Part shown: positions 26,419 to 36,343 of the stretch, one piece after another
Layout: each line of letters starts with the position of its first letter
How positions within the stretch are numbered: position 1 is the stretch's first letter
Assembly: GCA_043758615.1 (NCBI GenBank)
Contig: JAYVNE010000199.1
Location: forward strand, 5-64,004
Direction: 5' to 3'
Source: Akkermansiaceae bacterium
Lineage (GTDB): Bacteria; Verrucomicrobiota; Verrucomicrobiia; Verrucomicrobiales; Akkermansiaceae
Length of the DNA stretch: 64,000 nucleotides
The notes under the pieces: model-generated
Database searches by the model: none
Told to the model about the DNA's origin: nothing
What the model saw: only the letters and a program-made list of their open reading frames with translations
Program-made: the position numbers and the translations under genes

Positions 26419-27837
26419 ATGAGCAATAGCGATTTCGGACTTATTGGTCTGGCCGTCATGGGTCAGAATCTCGTTCTCAACGTGGAATCCCGTGGCTTCC
26501 AGGTCTCGGTTTACAACCGCACGACCACCGTCACGGATGAATTCGTCGGTAAACATCCTGACAAAAAAATCGTCGGCGAGCATACGTTAGAAGGCTTCGT
26601 CCAGTCCCTCGCCTCCCCGCGCAAGGTCATGATCATGGTCAAAGCCGGTGGCCCCGTGGATGCCGTCATCGAGTCGCTTATCCCGCTGCTAGATAAAGGT
26701 GATATCATCATCGACGGCGGAAACTCCCTCTACACCGACACCGAGCGCCGCGACAAATGGCTGGGCGATCTCGGCTTCCGCTTCATCGGCGCTGGCGTGT
26801 CCGGCGGTGAAGAAGGCGCCCGCAAAGGCCCATCGATCATGCCTGGTGGCCCGGCCTCCACCTGGGAAGTCATGAAGCCGATTTTTGAATCCATTGCCGC
26901 GAAAGTCGATGGCGAGCCCTGCGTTTTCCACATCGGACCCGGCGGCGCTGGCCATTATGTGAAGATGATTCATAACGGCATCGAATACGGCGACATGCAG
27001 CTCATTTGCGAAGCCTATAACATCTTCAAAGCTGCGGGCTTCACCCCCGCCGAACTCGCGACCGTTTTCACCGATTGGAACGAAGGCGACCTCGAAAGTT
27101 ATCTCATCCAAATCACCTCGAAAATTTTCGAACAAATTGATCCTGAAACCGGCAAGCCACTGGTCGATCTCATCCTCGACACCGCTGGCCAAAAAGGCAC
27201 CGGCAAGTGGACGCTCATCAACGCGGTCGAAAACGCCGTCGTCATTTCCACCATCAACGCCGCCGTCGAAGCCCGCATCCTTTCCTCGATGAAAGACAAA
27301 CGCGTGGCCGCAAGCAGCGTGCTTCACGGCCCGAAGGCCGAAATCACCGGCGACAAAGCCGCGCTCGTGAAAAAAGTCCACGACGCGCTCTTCGCCTCCA
27401 AGATCATTTCCTACGCTCAAGGCCTGGACCTCATCGCCGCCATGGGTGCGGAAAAAGGCTGGGATCTCGATCTCGCGAAGATCGCTGCCATCTGGCGCGG
27501 CGGCTGCATCATCCGTGCCCGCTTCCTCAATGACATCACTGAAGCCTATCGCGCCGATGCGAAACTGAGCAACCTGATGCTCGCCCCGTTCTTCACGAAT
27601 CTGCTCAATGGATTCCAACAAAACTGGCGCGAAGTCATCTCACTCGCCACCCTCGCAGGAATTCCCGTTCCAGCGTTCAGCGCCTCCCTCGGCTATTACG
27701 ATAGTTACCGTAGCGCCGTTCTCCCCGCAAACCTGCTGCAAGCCCAACGCGACTTCTTCGGTGCCCACACCTATGAGCGCACCGACAAGCCACGCGGCGT
27801 GATGTCCCACACCGACTGGCCCGAAGTCATCGGCTGA
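26419..27837 (+). CDS. gnd: NADP-dependent 6-phosphogluconate dehydrogenase
   Basis: GLIGLAVMGQNL, GVSGGEEGARKGP, VKMIHNGIEYGDMQ, QKGTGKW, QAQRDFFGAHTYER. Confidence 0.97.
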   Translation: MSNSDFGLIGLAVMGQNLVLNVESRGFQVSVYNRTTTVTDEFVGKHPDKKIVGEHTLEGFVQSLASPRKVMIMVKAGGPVDAVIESLIPLLDKGDIIIDGGNSLYTDTERRDKWLGDLGFRFIGAGVSGGEEGARKGPSIMPGGPASTWEVMKPIFESIAAKVDGEPCVFHIGPGGAGHYVKMIHNGIEYGDMQLICEAYNIFKAAGFTPAELATVFTDWNEGDLESYLIQITSKIFEQIDPETGKPLVDLILDTAGQKGTGKWTLINAVENAVVISTINAAVEARILSSMKDKRVAASSVLHGPKAEITGDKAALVKKVHDALFASKIISYAQGLDLIAAMGAEKGWDLDLAKIAAIWRGGCIIRARFLNDITEAYRADAKLSNLMLAPFFTNLLNGFQQNWREVISLATLAGIPVPAFSASLGYYDSYRSAVLPANLLQAQRDFFGAHTYERTDKPRGVMSHTDWPEVIG

Positions 27838-27855
27838 GCGCTCACAAAGATCATC

Positions 27856-27887
27856 ACGGCCGGTGGAGAAATCCTCCGGCCGTTTTT
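27856..27887 (+). terminator. Intrinsic terminator after gnd
   Basis: acggccgg…ccggccgt followed by a T-run. Confidence 0.75.
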
Positions 27888-28107
27888 CATTCGTGGCCGC
27901 GCTTTCCAAGCGCAAAGCCCATCTTCCCCAGACTGCCGCGACTCGTCACCGCTAACCAGATCCAAACACTTGAAATTCGGGACTGCCCAACATGTAACTC
28001 CCAACAGGATCTTGTCGGACCAAAAACACCCAAAATTCAAGATCCTCACTACTGAGTAGTTTTTTGCTAGCCACCGACAGTAGCAATTAGATATAAATCC
28101 ATCGCTC

Positions 28108-29094
28108 ATGGAACTAAAACCTGACCACGACAAAATTCTCAAAACACTTGAAGCTGCAATTGCCGCTCAGGCCCAAGGGGATGAGAAATACTCAATTGAC
28201 ATTGCGTCACTCAATCTCCGGGTTCACATCAAAGGGAAAAAATGGAGTGGTCTTGTTGATAAACCCGTGGCGAAATTCATTGTAGATTTTGATGGGAAAG
28301 TCAGACAGGAACTAAAAAACGTCGGGATTGATCTGCCCAAAACTGATCACGGTGTAATCGCCCTAGACGTGAGAAATGGCTCCATGGATGGTTGGCTTCA
28401 ATTAACCAAGGAATTTGTAACACTCTATAAATCAGTGCCACTAGAATCACAAATTGCATTATTGACAGCGATCATCGCTGGTCTTGGCATCTACAAATTG
28501 CCAGTAATCATCGCAGCGGTTCAGGCAGCCCGGTTGAAGCGGGCTGAGTCAGAAGGTGACACTGCTTTGGAGAGAGCACGTGGAGAAACGATGGAAAGGA
28601 TGCTCAAGAGTGTCGAAGGGGTGGTGGCAGCATCGCGAGAATTGCAAGGTCCTCTGAGAACAAATCTCATCGGGAAGATGGGAGACGATGACGTGATCGA
28701 GCTTCCGGAATCGCCGAAGCCATTGACGAAGATAGAGGCAGGAAAAAGCCTGTCGAAGTCCTCCAGATCAAAACCTTTGTCCTACTACGTGGACCATGTT
28801 TACTTGATTCAATCGGTGAACATGAAACGGTCACCATATGAGGTTTCGTTAGAATATGGAAACGTTTCGTTCAATGCAAAGTTGATTCTCTCGGAGGAGG
28901 ACTCACAAAAGCTTTGGGAGGAATTTAAGACCGCACACGCTAAGGGCTCTGTTGCAGCTCTCAACCTTCAGGTGACTGCAAGGATCAACCTTAAGAAGGA
29001 GGTAATCGACGGGGAAGTCGTTGGTATCGGCAAACCCCGCGAGCAATCAAAAATGCTAAGCGATCTGGTTCAGAGAGCATTACACGAAGAGTAG
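28108..29094 (+). CDS. Hypothetical protein with one central TM helix (accessory, lower GC)
   Basis: 328-aa ORF with hydrophobic QIALLTAIIAGLGIYKLPVIIAAV; composition is more AT-rich than gnd; no family recognised. Confidence 0.7.
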   Translation: MELKPDHDKILKTLEAAIAAQAQGDEKYSIDIASLNLRVHIKGKKWSGLVDKPVAKFIVDFDGKVRQELKNVGIDLPKTDHGVIALDVRNGSMDGWLQLTKEFVTLYKSVPLESQIALLTAIIAGLGIYKLPVIIAAVQAARLKRAESEGDTALERARGETMERMLKSVEGVVAASRELQGPLRTNLIGKMGDDDVIELPESPKPLTKIEAGKSLSKSSRSKPLSYYVDHVYLIQSVNMKRSPYEVSLEYGNVSFNAKLILSEEDSQKLWEEFKTAHAKGSVAALNLQVTARINLKKEVIDGEVVGIGKPREQSKMLSDLVQRALHEE

Positions 29095-29139
29095 AGACCG
29101 ACGCATCCATGAGGCTCTATTGCTTCGGGGTCTGTCTTC

Positions 29140-29470
29140 GGGGTACCAGTCCAGAATAACAGACATTGACTGGTAACTCGTTAGAGTTAGGCATTGCTCA
29201 TGGCGAGACCATTGCGATATGAAGCGGCGGGTGCGGTGTATCATGCGGGGTGACGGCGGGAAAAACATGTTTGAGGACGACAAGAATCGCTTTGTTTGGA
29301 CGGATTTGCTAGAAAGGGCAAACGAGCGCTTTGGTTGGCGGGTGCATTCGTTCAGATGATAGATACCCAATTATACAACCAGCTGTCCGCCCCATTAAAA
29401 ACCACCAGATGCGGTCAAATGTCTGTTATTTGGGACCGACCCCGCCAAGACCCCGCCAAGACCCCGCCGA
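29140..29470. mobile_element. RAYT (REP-associated Y1 transposase) 5' remnant between two inverted REP-like elements
   Basis: From 29200: MARPLRYEAAGAVYH / RGDGGKNMFEDD..R…ERFGWRVH (frameshifted, stops before the HUH motif). aataacagacatt (29155-29167) and its reverse complement (29418-29430) each lie in a ggggt-initiated hairpin; gaccccgccaa x3 at 29438-29470. Confidence 0.7.
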
Positions 29471-29521
29471 TGGTCCTGCAAGATCATAACCCGGTGATAG
29501 TCCCTCCCCCGGTCGTTCAGC

Positions 29522-30631
29522 TTACCATTTCCCTGTCTCGGCCCACGTGCGGAAATGGACCAGACGCTCGGGTTTCTTCCAGACGCTTTCGAGAAATCGA
29601 TCGCCAATTTCAGCGAAGGCGGATTTGGCGAGCACTTGATCATCTCCCATGGTGGCAAGCCGGGCGATCTGGCTGGGAAATTCCAAGGACGCTGGAAATT
29701 TTGTCTTGAGGATGGCCAGTCCGGTTTTGGTCTTCGGCCAGGATGCTTTGGATTCCCGGAACGTGTTTCCATAATGTGAGTTCATGCTCATCACGATGCG
29801 GGCATAAGCTTCATCGCCAAGTCCGCCGCTTTGCTGTGAAGCCTTCTCGGCATACGCTTCCCACTCTCCCTCCTCGCCATACCATCTGGGAAGGAGCGAG
29901 TAACACCGCATGGGATGGATATGCCAGAAGGTGGGATCGAGGGCGGTCGCCTCCGTGAGAAGGGCGTCAAACCTAGCTTTCGACCAGCCTTGTCCGAGGG
30001 CGATCGTCATGGCGGCGAGTTGGCAGCAAGGATCTTTTTCCGGCAGGTCACGGGTCTCAGCGAAGACTTTTGCCGCCATTTCAAGGCGCACCTGGAATAA
30101 CCGGTGGTTCTCCTCAGTGACATCTCTTGCGTACCCGCTGCCTCGCGCATACCATGCGTAAGCGGTTAGGAGCTTGATAGAACCGATTCTCCGCGCCAGG
30201 GAGTGAGGGTAGGACTTTTCCCATGCCTCATAAGTCTTGATATCAGTTAGCCAAAAATCCTGTCCTTGGTTAAAGCGTTCCTCAAGCGCATCGTAGAAAA
30301 TCTTGAGCTTCCACGATCCTTCGCCGAACAGGGCTTTTGACTGGCGCAGCTCGGCGGCTGTTTTTTCCAACAGGTCGAATTTCCTTTCATCGAATGCGCC
30401 GCGGATTTCCGCCTTGAAGATTCGGATGTCATTCTGGACCGGATCCAGGGTTGGGACCAGTTTGGCGGCTGCGACTCGTTCGGCAGCGTCGATGTGTTCG
30501 ACTGGCCCGGGATCTCCGGAGGTGGCGGGATCTTGAGTGCCCTTAGAAGCGTTTTTTTCGCATGAAACGGCAAGCAGGACAAATGTGATGGAGGCCAGGT
30601 GTGCGGAGATGCGTCGAAAATAGTAATTCAT
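29522..30631 (-). CDS. DUF4034-like lipoprotein
   Basis: Lipobox LLAVSC; AYAWYARGSGYARDV…F..RLE, ALDPTFWHIH…LLPRWYGEEGE pattern typical of DUF4034. Confidence 0.7.
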   Translation of the reverse strand: MNYYFRRISAHLASITFVLLAVSCEKNASKGTQDPATSGDPGPVEHIDAAERVAAAKLVPTLDPVQNDIRIFKAEIRGAFDERKFDLLEKTAAELRQSKALFGEGSWKLKIFYDALEERFNQGQDFWLTDIKTYEAWEKSYPHSLARRIGSIKLLTAYAWYARGSGYARDVTEENHRLFQVRLEMAAKVFAETRDLPEKDPCCQLAAMTIALGQGWSKARFDALLTEATALDPTFWHIHPMRCYSLLPRWYGEEGEWEAYAEKASQQSGGLGDEAYARIVMSMNSHYGNTFRESKASWPKTKTGLAILKTKFPASLEFPSQIARLATMGDDQVLAKSAFAEIGDRFLESVWKKPERLVHFRTWAETGKW

Positions 30632-30833
30632 TGTTAAACCCGGTTTAGGGACGTTTGAGCAGTTCGGAAGTGGAGTCTTCCATAACAACAGAATCTCGTC
30701 TATCATCATTCTTTCCGAATCGGTATTAGAAATTCGTGGCGGAAGAGATCCCGGATGAATTTAAAGCTCGCTGCGGAATTTTTCCTTCGACCTGGACTTG
30801 CCCTCGGCAAAAAGCCCGGACGTGCGGAAGGCC

Positions 30834-32465
30834 AGCGACGGTCACAGACCACTTCTGTTTCTCCTTTTCGAATGCGGGTTGTTAGTTAATGTGACGAAAC
30901 TGTCACTTGTACTTTTCCCGGCAATAGGTTGAATGCCCTTGTGCCCAAGCCAACCTCCGTCAAATCCTCGGCATCGTCACCAATCGAGACACCCAGTGCC
31001 GTTGATTTCAACCTTATCGACAGGGCCAGAATCCTCTTCGAAGCAGCGTTTCCCACCGCCGAGATCCCGGCAACATGGAGTCATGGCAATCGGACCTTCT
31101 CGATTCAGGACTATCTCGGATTCATGCTGTTAGGCCTTTATGTCCCCACCTGCGACTCGTTGCGCGGCCTTTGCCGTGCCTCCGAAATCGAAGAGTTCAG
31201 GCAGCGCTACCGCTGCTTCGCGATGGATCTCGCCAGTGTTTCAAAGGCACAGGCCCATGTGCCCGAGGAAATGTTACTGCCCATCATCGCGCAACTCAGC
31301 GGCGAAGCTCGCGCGCAGGTCCGGCAGGCCGCTCGACAAGCGGGTGACTTCGATTCTCAAGCCCCATGTCCCGATGCCGCCCAACTCGGCAAGTTCGCCC
31401 TGAGAGTGGTGGACAGCAGCGTATTCGCCGCCTTGCCGAGAATGACCTGGGCCCTTTTCGGTGCCGGCATGGCTAGAAAAGATGGCAGGAAAACCGCCTC
31501 CGTGCGCTTCCATGTCAGCTTCGATCCCATCGCCCTATGTCCACTCGCGTGTGCGGTCACCTCCGCGAGGGTCGATGAAAAGAAGAAGTGGCAAGACCTC
31601 CGTGCCAACTCATCTGCGGCGGAGAATGGAGGTGCCCCGAGCGTCGAAGTCGGTGATAGAAACTTCGGTAGCAATCACAAAAACCTCCACGATCTCACCG
31701 AAGAAGGTGTGAATTTCGTCGTTCGCATCAAGCAGGCCACCCACCTGGAGATCCTTGAGGAAATCGCCGTGAGCGAGGAAGAGAAAGCGTTAGGGATCCA
31801 GCGCCACGCGTGGGTGCGCATGGGCAAGTCAAAGAAAACCCGCGACCATCACCGGGTCCGGATCATCTGGCTGGAGCGACCTGACAAGGTGATCCTACTC
31901 GCCACCAATCTCGACGTTGAGGATGCGGATGCACACGTCGTCGCTGAAATGTATCGCCAGCGCTGGCAGATCGAGCTGTTTTTCTGGTGGTTGAAAAAGA
32001 TCGTGAAAGCGGGTCACTGGTTCGCGGAAAGCGAGAAGGGCGTGAGGATCCAGCTCTATCTGGTCATGATCCTAGTGCTGCTATTGCAGCTTTAGACCGG
32101 TCGGCGTCCGAGCAAGCGCATGATCGAGCTTCTTCATTTTTACGCGCAGGGAATGGTTAGCGAAACGGAACTCATCATCGGCCTCAAGGCACGGGCGCGT
32201 GAAGCAGACCTGGCGCGTGAGAGCTCGCGTAAACGCTACTTGGCCAACAAGCAGGCCACCGGAAAATAGAGTCAAGGCAGGCAAAGCCACCCATTGTCCT
32301 CAAGACAGCGGGACATTTTGCGTGCCCGGATGCAAAGGACCCCGAGAGACGTCATTGGGCAAAATACTGAGCAAAAGCCCAATAGCCCTCCCCACAAGCG
32401 CTCTACCCAAATGAATGGCTTGATTGCTAGAAAAGGAGAAACAGAAGTGGTCGCAGACCGCCGCT
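30834..32465. mobile_element. IS4-like element bounded by 23-bp perfect inverted repeats
   Basis: gaccacttctgtttctccttttc (30847-30869) and gaaaaggagaaacagaagtggtc (32430-32452), extendable outward by 9/13 matches; no target duplication seen. Confidence 0.6.
30929..32269 (+). pseudogene. IS4-family transposase with in-frame TAG at 32093-32095
   Basis: DDE residues VVDSSV / VGDRNF / YRQRWQIELFFWWLKK (YREK signature); the frame continues after LLQL* as TGRRPSKRMIELL…. Confidence 0.88.
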
Positions 32466-32500
32466 ACAGTTTGGAAATGACTTCTGCCAAACGGTCTAGC

Positions 32501-33097
32501 TCACGCCTGATTTAACGACTGATAGACCATGAGCGCTGCATAAGCATCATTCGCAGCATATACTAATTGTCCGTCTGATAGCTTGTGGCTGGCCCAGTTC
32601 GAGGTGGTCACGCTCTTCGACTTCATCAACCGCCGCTGGAACAGCATCGCGACCGCAGACTTCGCTCCGACCGCATTGCGATAGCCTAGCTTTCGAAACG
32701 AGCGATCCAGATCAACAATCCCGCCGGGTCGGATTCCGAATCGCCTCCAAATATGAGTTAGATCCCCTCGTAAATCGAATCCGATCTTCTGAATCTCTTC
32801 GGACTCTAATAGCCTAACAATCACCGCCCGTGACTCGGTGATATGGGATTGAAAAATATAAGCCCGCTCGGAAGTCGCGAATTGCAGCACATGCGGTCCC
32901 TCGGATTGCTGCCCTTTGAGGAAAGTTGGCTTGGATTCTGTATCAAACCCGACATCCCTTGCCTGCGCAAGATCGCGAAACGCCGCTTCCGCTTCATCTT
33001 CCGTCGAGACCAGCACAATGCGCTCCATTCCGAGGCCTGCAAAAGGCTCAAGTTCTGCGATCACGGATTTGGTAGGCACAATTTTTGGATCAAACAT
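32501..33097 (-). CDS. 3'-5' exonuclease (RNase D/DEDDy-like)
   Basis: VGFDTESKP, KIGFDLRGD, SNWASHKLSDGQLVYAANDAY. Confidence 0.9.
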   Translation of the reverse strand: MFDPKIVPTKSVIAELEPFAGLGMERIVLVSTEDEAEAAFRDLAQARDVGFDTESKPTFLKGQQSEGPHVLQFATSERAYIFQSHITESRAVIVRLLESEEIQKIGFDLRGDLTHIWRRFGIRPGGIVDLDRSFRKLGYRNAVGAKSAVAMLFQRRLMKSKSVTTSNWASHKLSDGQLVYAANDAYAALMVYQSLNQA

Positions 33098-33342
33098 TTC
33101 GCTGGGATTTTCTCTTTGCCCTCAAGTTTCACTTCTCTATCCGCCGAAATCAAGATCGGGTTAGCGAAAATCAGGGGCGCCCATTGCCTCACAAAAAAAG
33201 ACGCCATGGAGCCAATGTCACCGTCAGGTTGCATGTAAGTAGCCGGACAAACGCGGAATTTCCCCCACGCGAATGGAATTTCGGCAGGAAGATTGTCCCC
33301 ACGTTCCCCTAACCGCTAGCCTCCGGGGAACGCCACGAAATC

Positions 33343-33669
33343 TCAGTGACCGTGGTAACAATGACTTTGTTGGTAGTATTCCTCCTCTTCGGCTTGGCGG
33401 GCATGCCGGCGAGCCTCGGCAGCGTGGCGGGCCGCCTCATCCGCACGCCTCGCGTCAGCGGCTGCGTGGGCATAGTCGATAGCGGCATGGTAGTAATCAC
33501 CATGCCTTGCTACGTAATCGGCATGGGCGTGGGCAGCATCCGCATGGCGGGCCGCGTCATACGCTTCGTCACTATCATGATCGGAGTGGTTTCGGTCGGC
33601 TTCTGCGTGGTCATGTGCAAAGGCGGAAGCTGCGAAGACAAATGAAGCAAGGGCAAGTATCGTTTTCAT
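33343..33669 (-). CDS. Small secreted His/Ala/Asp-rich protein
   Basis: Signal peptide MKTILALASFVFAASAFA; 15 His in the 90-aa mature part. Confidence 0.75.
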   Translation of the reverse strand: MKTILALASFVFAASAFAHDHAEADRNHSDHDSDEAYDAARHADAAHAHADYVARHGDYYHAAIDYAHAAADARRADEAARHAAEARRHARQAEEEEYYQQSHCYHGH

Positions 33670-33836
33670 AGGTTGAATAATTCAGTAACTCCGACGCAGC
33701 GATGTCGGTGCTTATTCGGTGATCCTCGGATATTTTTTTGGCTAGGCGAGTTTTTCTGAGTCCAAAAACGACCGCTCCAAGTGCAGGAAGTGCTGTTTAC
33801 TCTTGGGAAGCGGCACGAGGCAGATAACATCGGCGA

Positions 33837-35255
33837 ATGAACTCGCCGACGCCTTCTCCGGCTTTCCCCGGTGCCGTCTGGCCGGCGATACCACAAGCGC
33901 CCGCCGCTGCATTGCTCGCTGTCCTCGGGCAGCTTGCGGAAAGCCAATTTATGATTGATGAGCAACTGGCCATGGCACGGCGTCCACAGGCTGAGGCACT
34001 CATGGACCACGCAGGTGCGCAATTGCCCTTCTGGCGCGATCGACTGCGAGCCGCGGGCCTCGATCCGGAGACACGGAATCAAGCACCGCTCTCCATGCCG
34101 GAATGGAACGAACGTTGGGCCACGCTACCCATTCTATCACGTGCCGAGGTTCAATCACTGGGGGACCAGCTGCGCGTAACCGATCTTCCTAACGGACATG
34201 GGGTCGTGGGGGAAAGTGTCACTTCCGGCTCTTCTGGACGCCCCGTGCGTATCGCCCGCAGCACCCTCGATTATTTCTATTGGCAGGCATTTCAATTGCG
34301 CGAGCATGTCTGGCGTGGTCGCGATCTATCAGGAAAATTTCTATCAATCCTGCGGGATGATCGCCGAGAGCTGATAGATGAGAACATTCACCTGCGCTCC
34401 ATGGCGGATTGGGGACCTCCCGCCTCAGTGATCTGGCCTACAGGACCGAGTTTCCTGTTGGATTACCGCTCGCCTATCCGGGCACTGATCGCGACCATTT
34501 GCGAGCTCAAGCCCGACTACCTCTGCACGTTTCCATCGCTACTGCTAGAAATCCTCCGTCACGCGCGCGGCGAAGGGATCACACTGCCGCCTCTGATAGA
34601 AGCCATCGGTGTGGGCGAGGCGAGCCCACCGGAACTCGCGGGGCTTTGTCGTGAAGTTTGGGGTGCCCCGCTGGCAAGCACCTATACCGCTGCGGAAACG
34701 GGAGCGATGGCCTATCAGTGCCTCGAAGGTGGCCGCTGGCATCTCCAGTCCGAAAAATCGATCATCGAGGTGCTGGATTCGGACGGACATCCCTGCGCTG
34801 CGGGCGAGACAGGCAGAGTCATCGTGACACCACTCCACAATTTTGCCATGCCCCTGCTCCGTTATGAAATCGGGGATCTCGCCACCGTGGGAGAAGGCCC
34901 CTGCCCTTGTGGTCGCAGCTTGCCCATCCTCGAAGCGATTCCAGGGCGTGCGCGCGATCTTCTCATGCTTCCATCCGGAGACCTGCGCCCACCGTACTAT
35001 GGTCACGCTGCGGTCATGAAAGTCCGCTCCATCCGCCAGCATCAGGTCATCCAGACCTCGCGGAATCATGTGTGCTTCCGACTGGTAGTCGCCCAACCGC
35101 TGACCTGTGAAGAGGTGGACCATGTCATCAAGAGCGCAACCGACGCGCTTGGCGGCGCTTTCGGTGTCAGCATCGAATATGTGGAAGAAATCTTCCGTAG
35201 CCCTAACGGAAAATTCGCCGAGTTCGAACGACGCTTTGATTTCTCCAATGACTGA
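33837..35255 (+). CDS. Phenylacetate-CoA ligase-like (PaaK/F390-type adenylating enzyme)
   Basis: TSGSSGRP, YTAAETG, MPLLRYEIGDLA, CPCGRSLP..GRARD. Confidence 0.8.
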   Translation: MNSPTPSPAFPGAVWPAIPQAPAAALLAVLGQLAESQFMIDEQLAMARRPQAEALMDHAGAQLPFWRDRLRAAGLDPETRNQAPLSMPEWNERWATLPILSRAEVQSLGDQLRVTDLPNGHGVVGESVTSGSSGRPVRIARSTLDYFYWQAFQLREHVWRGRDLSGKFLSILRDDRRELIDENIHLRSMADWGPPASVIWPTGPSFLLDYRSPIRALIATICELKPDYLCTFPSLLLEILRHARGEGITLPPLIEAIGVGEASPPELAGLCREVWGAPLASTYTAAETGAMAYQCLEGGRWHLQSEKSIIEVLDSDGHPCAAGETGRVIVTPLHNFAMPLLRYEIGDLATVGEGPCPCGRSLPILEAIPGRARDLLMLPSGDLRPPYYGHAAVMKVRSIRQHQVIQTSRNHVCFRLVVAQPLTCEEVDHVIKSATDALGGAFGVSIEYVEEIFRSPNGKFAEFERRFDFSND

Positions 35256-35342
35256 GTTTCGCGGCCAAACGTATTATCAGATCGGCTTGCAAATCTATCA
35301 GATTTGTGACTGTTCGATTAGAACAATGTTATCCACGCGAAC

Positions 35343-35852
35343 TCAAGCGATCTTCCTGCGGTGGCGGACCGCCAGAAAAATCAATCCCAGTAGCATCATG
35401 ATGGCGGCTGCAGGCTCGGGCACGACAGCAAACGTGAGCACGGTCAAAGCGGGAAAGGCGAACGTTCCCAGTGCAGCAGATCCGGTTGACGTGAACCGCA
35501 AGCCTTTAACCGACTGCGGAGTGGCGAAAGGAGAAAACACATTTCCTGTGATCGTGCTGAGTGAAACATTTTGAAACGGACTTGAGACTTTTGAAAACAA
35601 CTGCACTAGCGAGTCATCAGAAAGAATTCCGCTGATGCTCATCGTCGCGCCCTCACCTGTATTCACGGAGCCGTCACTAATTGAAACAAGCTGCTCGACA
35701 GTCGTAAGAGGAGTGGAAAAAAGAAGATCAAAGTTACTGGCGGCAGCATGCGGCCCAACGGTAGTCTGCACGGTCGTAGATCCTTGGCCCACGTTGGCGC
35801 ATGCAGTTAGGATCAATCCGGCTGAAGCAGCGGCGCGATAATTGGCTTTCAT
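35343..35852 (-). CDS. PEP-CTERM sorting-domain protein
   Basis: C-terminal VVPEPAAAIMMLLGLIFLAVRHRRK; N-terminal signal peptide. Confidence 0.88.
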   Translation of the reverse strand: MKANYRAAASAGLILTACANVGQGSTTVQTTVGPHAAASNFDLLFSTPLTTVEQLVSISDGSVNTGEGATMSISGILSDDSLVQLFSKVSSPFQNVSLSTITGNVFSPFATPQSVKGLRFTSTGSAALGTFAFPALTVLTFAVVPEPAAAIMMLLGLIFLAVRHRRKIA

Positions 35853-36130
35853 GAGATTTTTCCATTAAGAATTGAGCCGTCTTGGAATCTTCACGGCAAA
35901 GTCCAAAAGCACTTTGGTTCTTAATCGTTGTGAGGCGCAAGACAAGTAAATTCAAGGAAACGGTGCGAAGCGCCATTGCCAACTCCCCATCGCATTTCTC
36001 AGACTCCGCCGACATCACTTGAACAATGGAAAAACTCCCATCAGGAGCGCATGGCCGCCTTCTCAAAATAAAAGCCGAACGCGTTTTCAGTGCGTCCGGC
36101 TTTCTAAGCTATCGTGAAACAGTGGAGCGA

Positions 36131-36343
36131 CTACTTCTTCTCGGTCGTTTCCGTCTTTTCGGTGGTGGTGCCATCTGGCGTGGTGGTCGATTTGGTTTCC
36201 GTCTTCTTCTCGGTCTTAGAAGCAGCTGCGGGCACCACAATGGTTGTTTCTTTCGTTTCCCCCGGTGGGTTGATTGTCACTTCCTTCCGCTCACAAGAGA
36301 AACTGAGCAATGCCACTGTTGTGGTAATTAAGTAGATTTTCAT
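36131..36343 (-). CDS. Small Thr/Lys/Glu-rich lipoprotein
   Basis: MKIYLITTTVALLSFSC lipobox followed by a low-complexity tail. Confidence 0.65.
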   Translation of the reverse strand: MKIYLITTTVALLSFSCERKEVTINPPGETKETTIVVPAAASKTEKKTETKSTTTPDGTTTEKTETTEKK

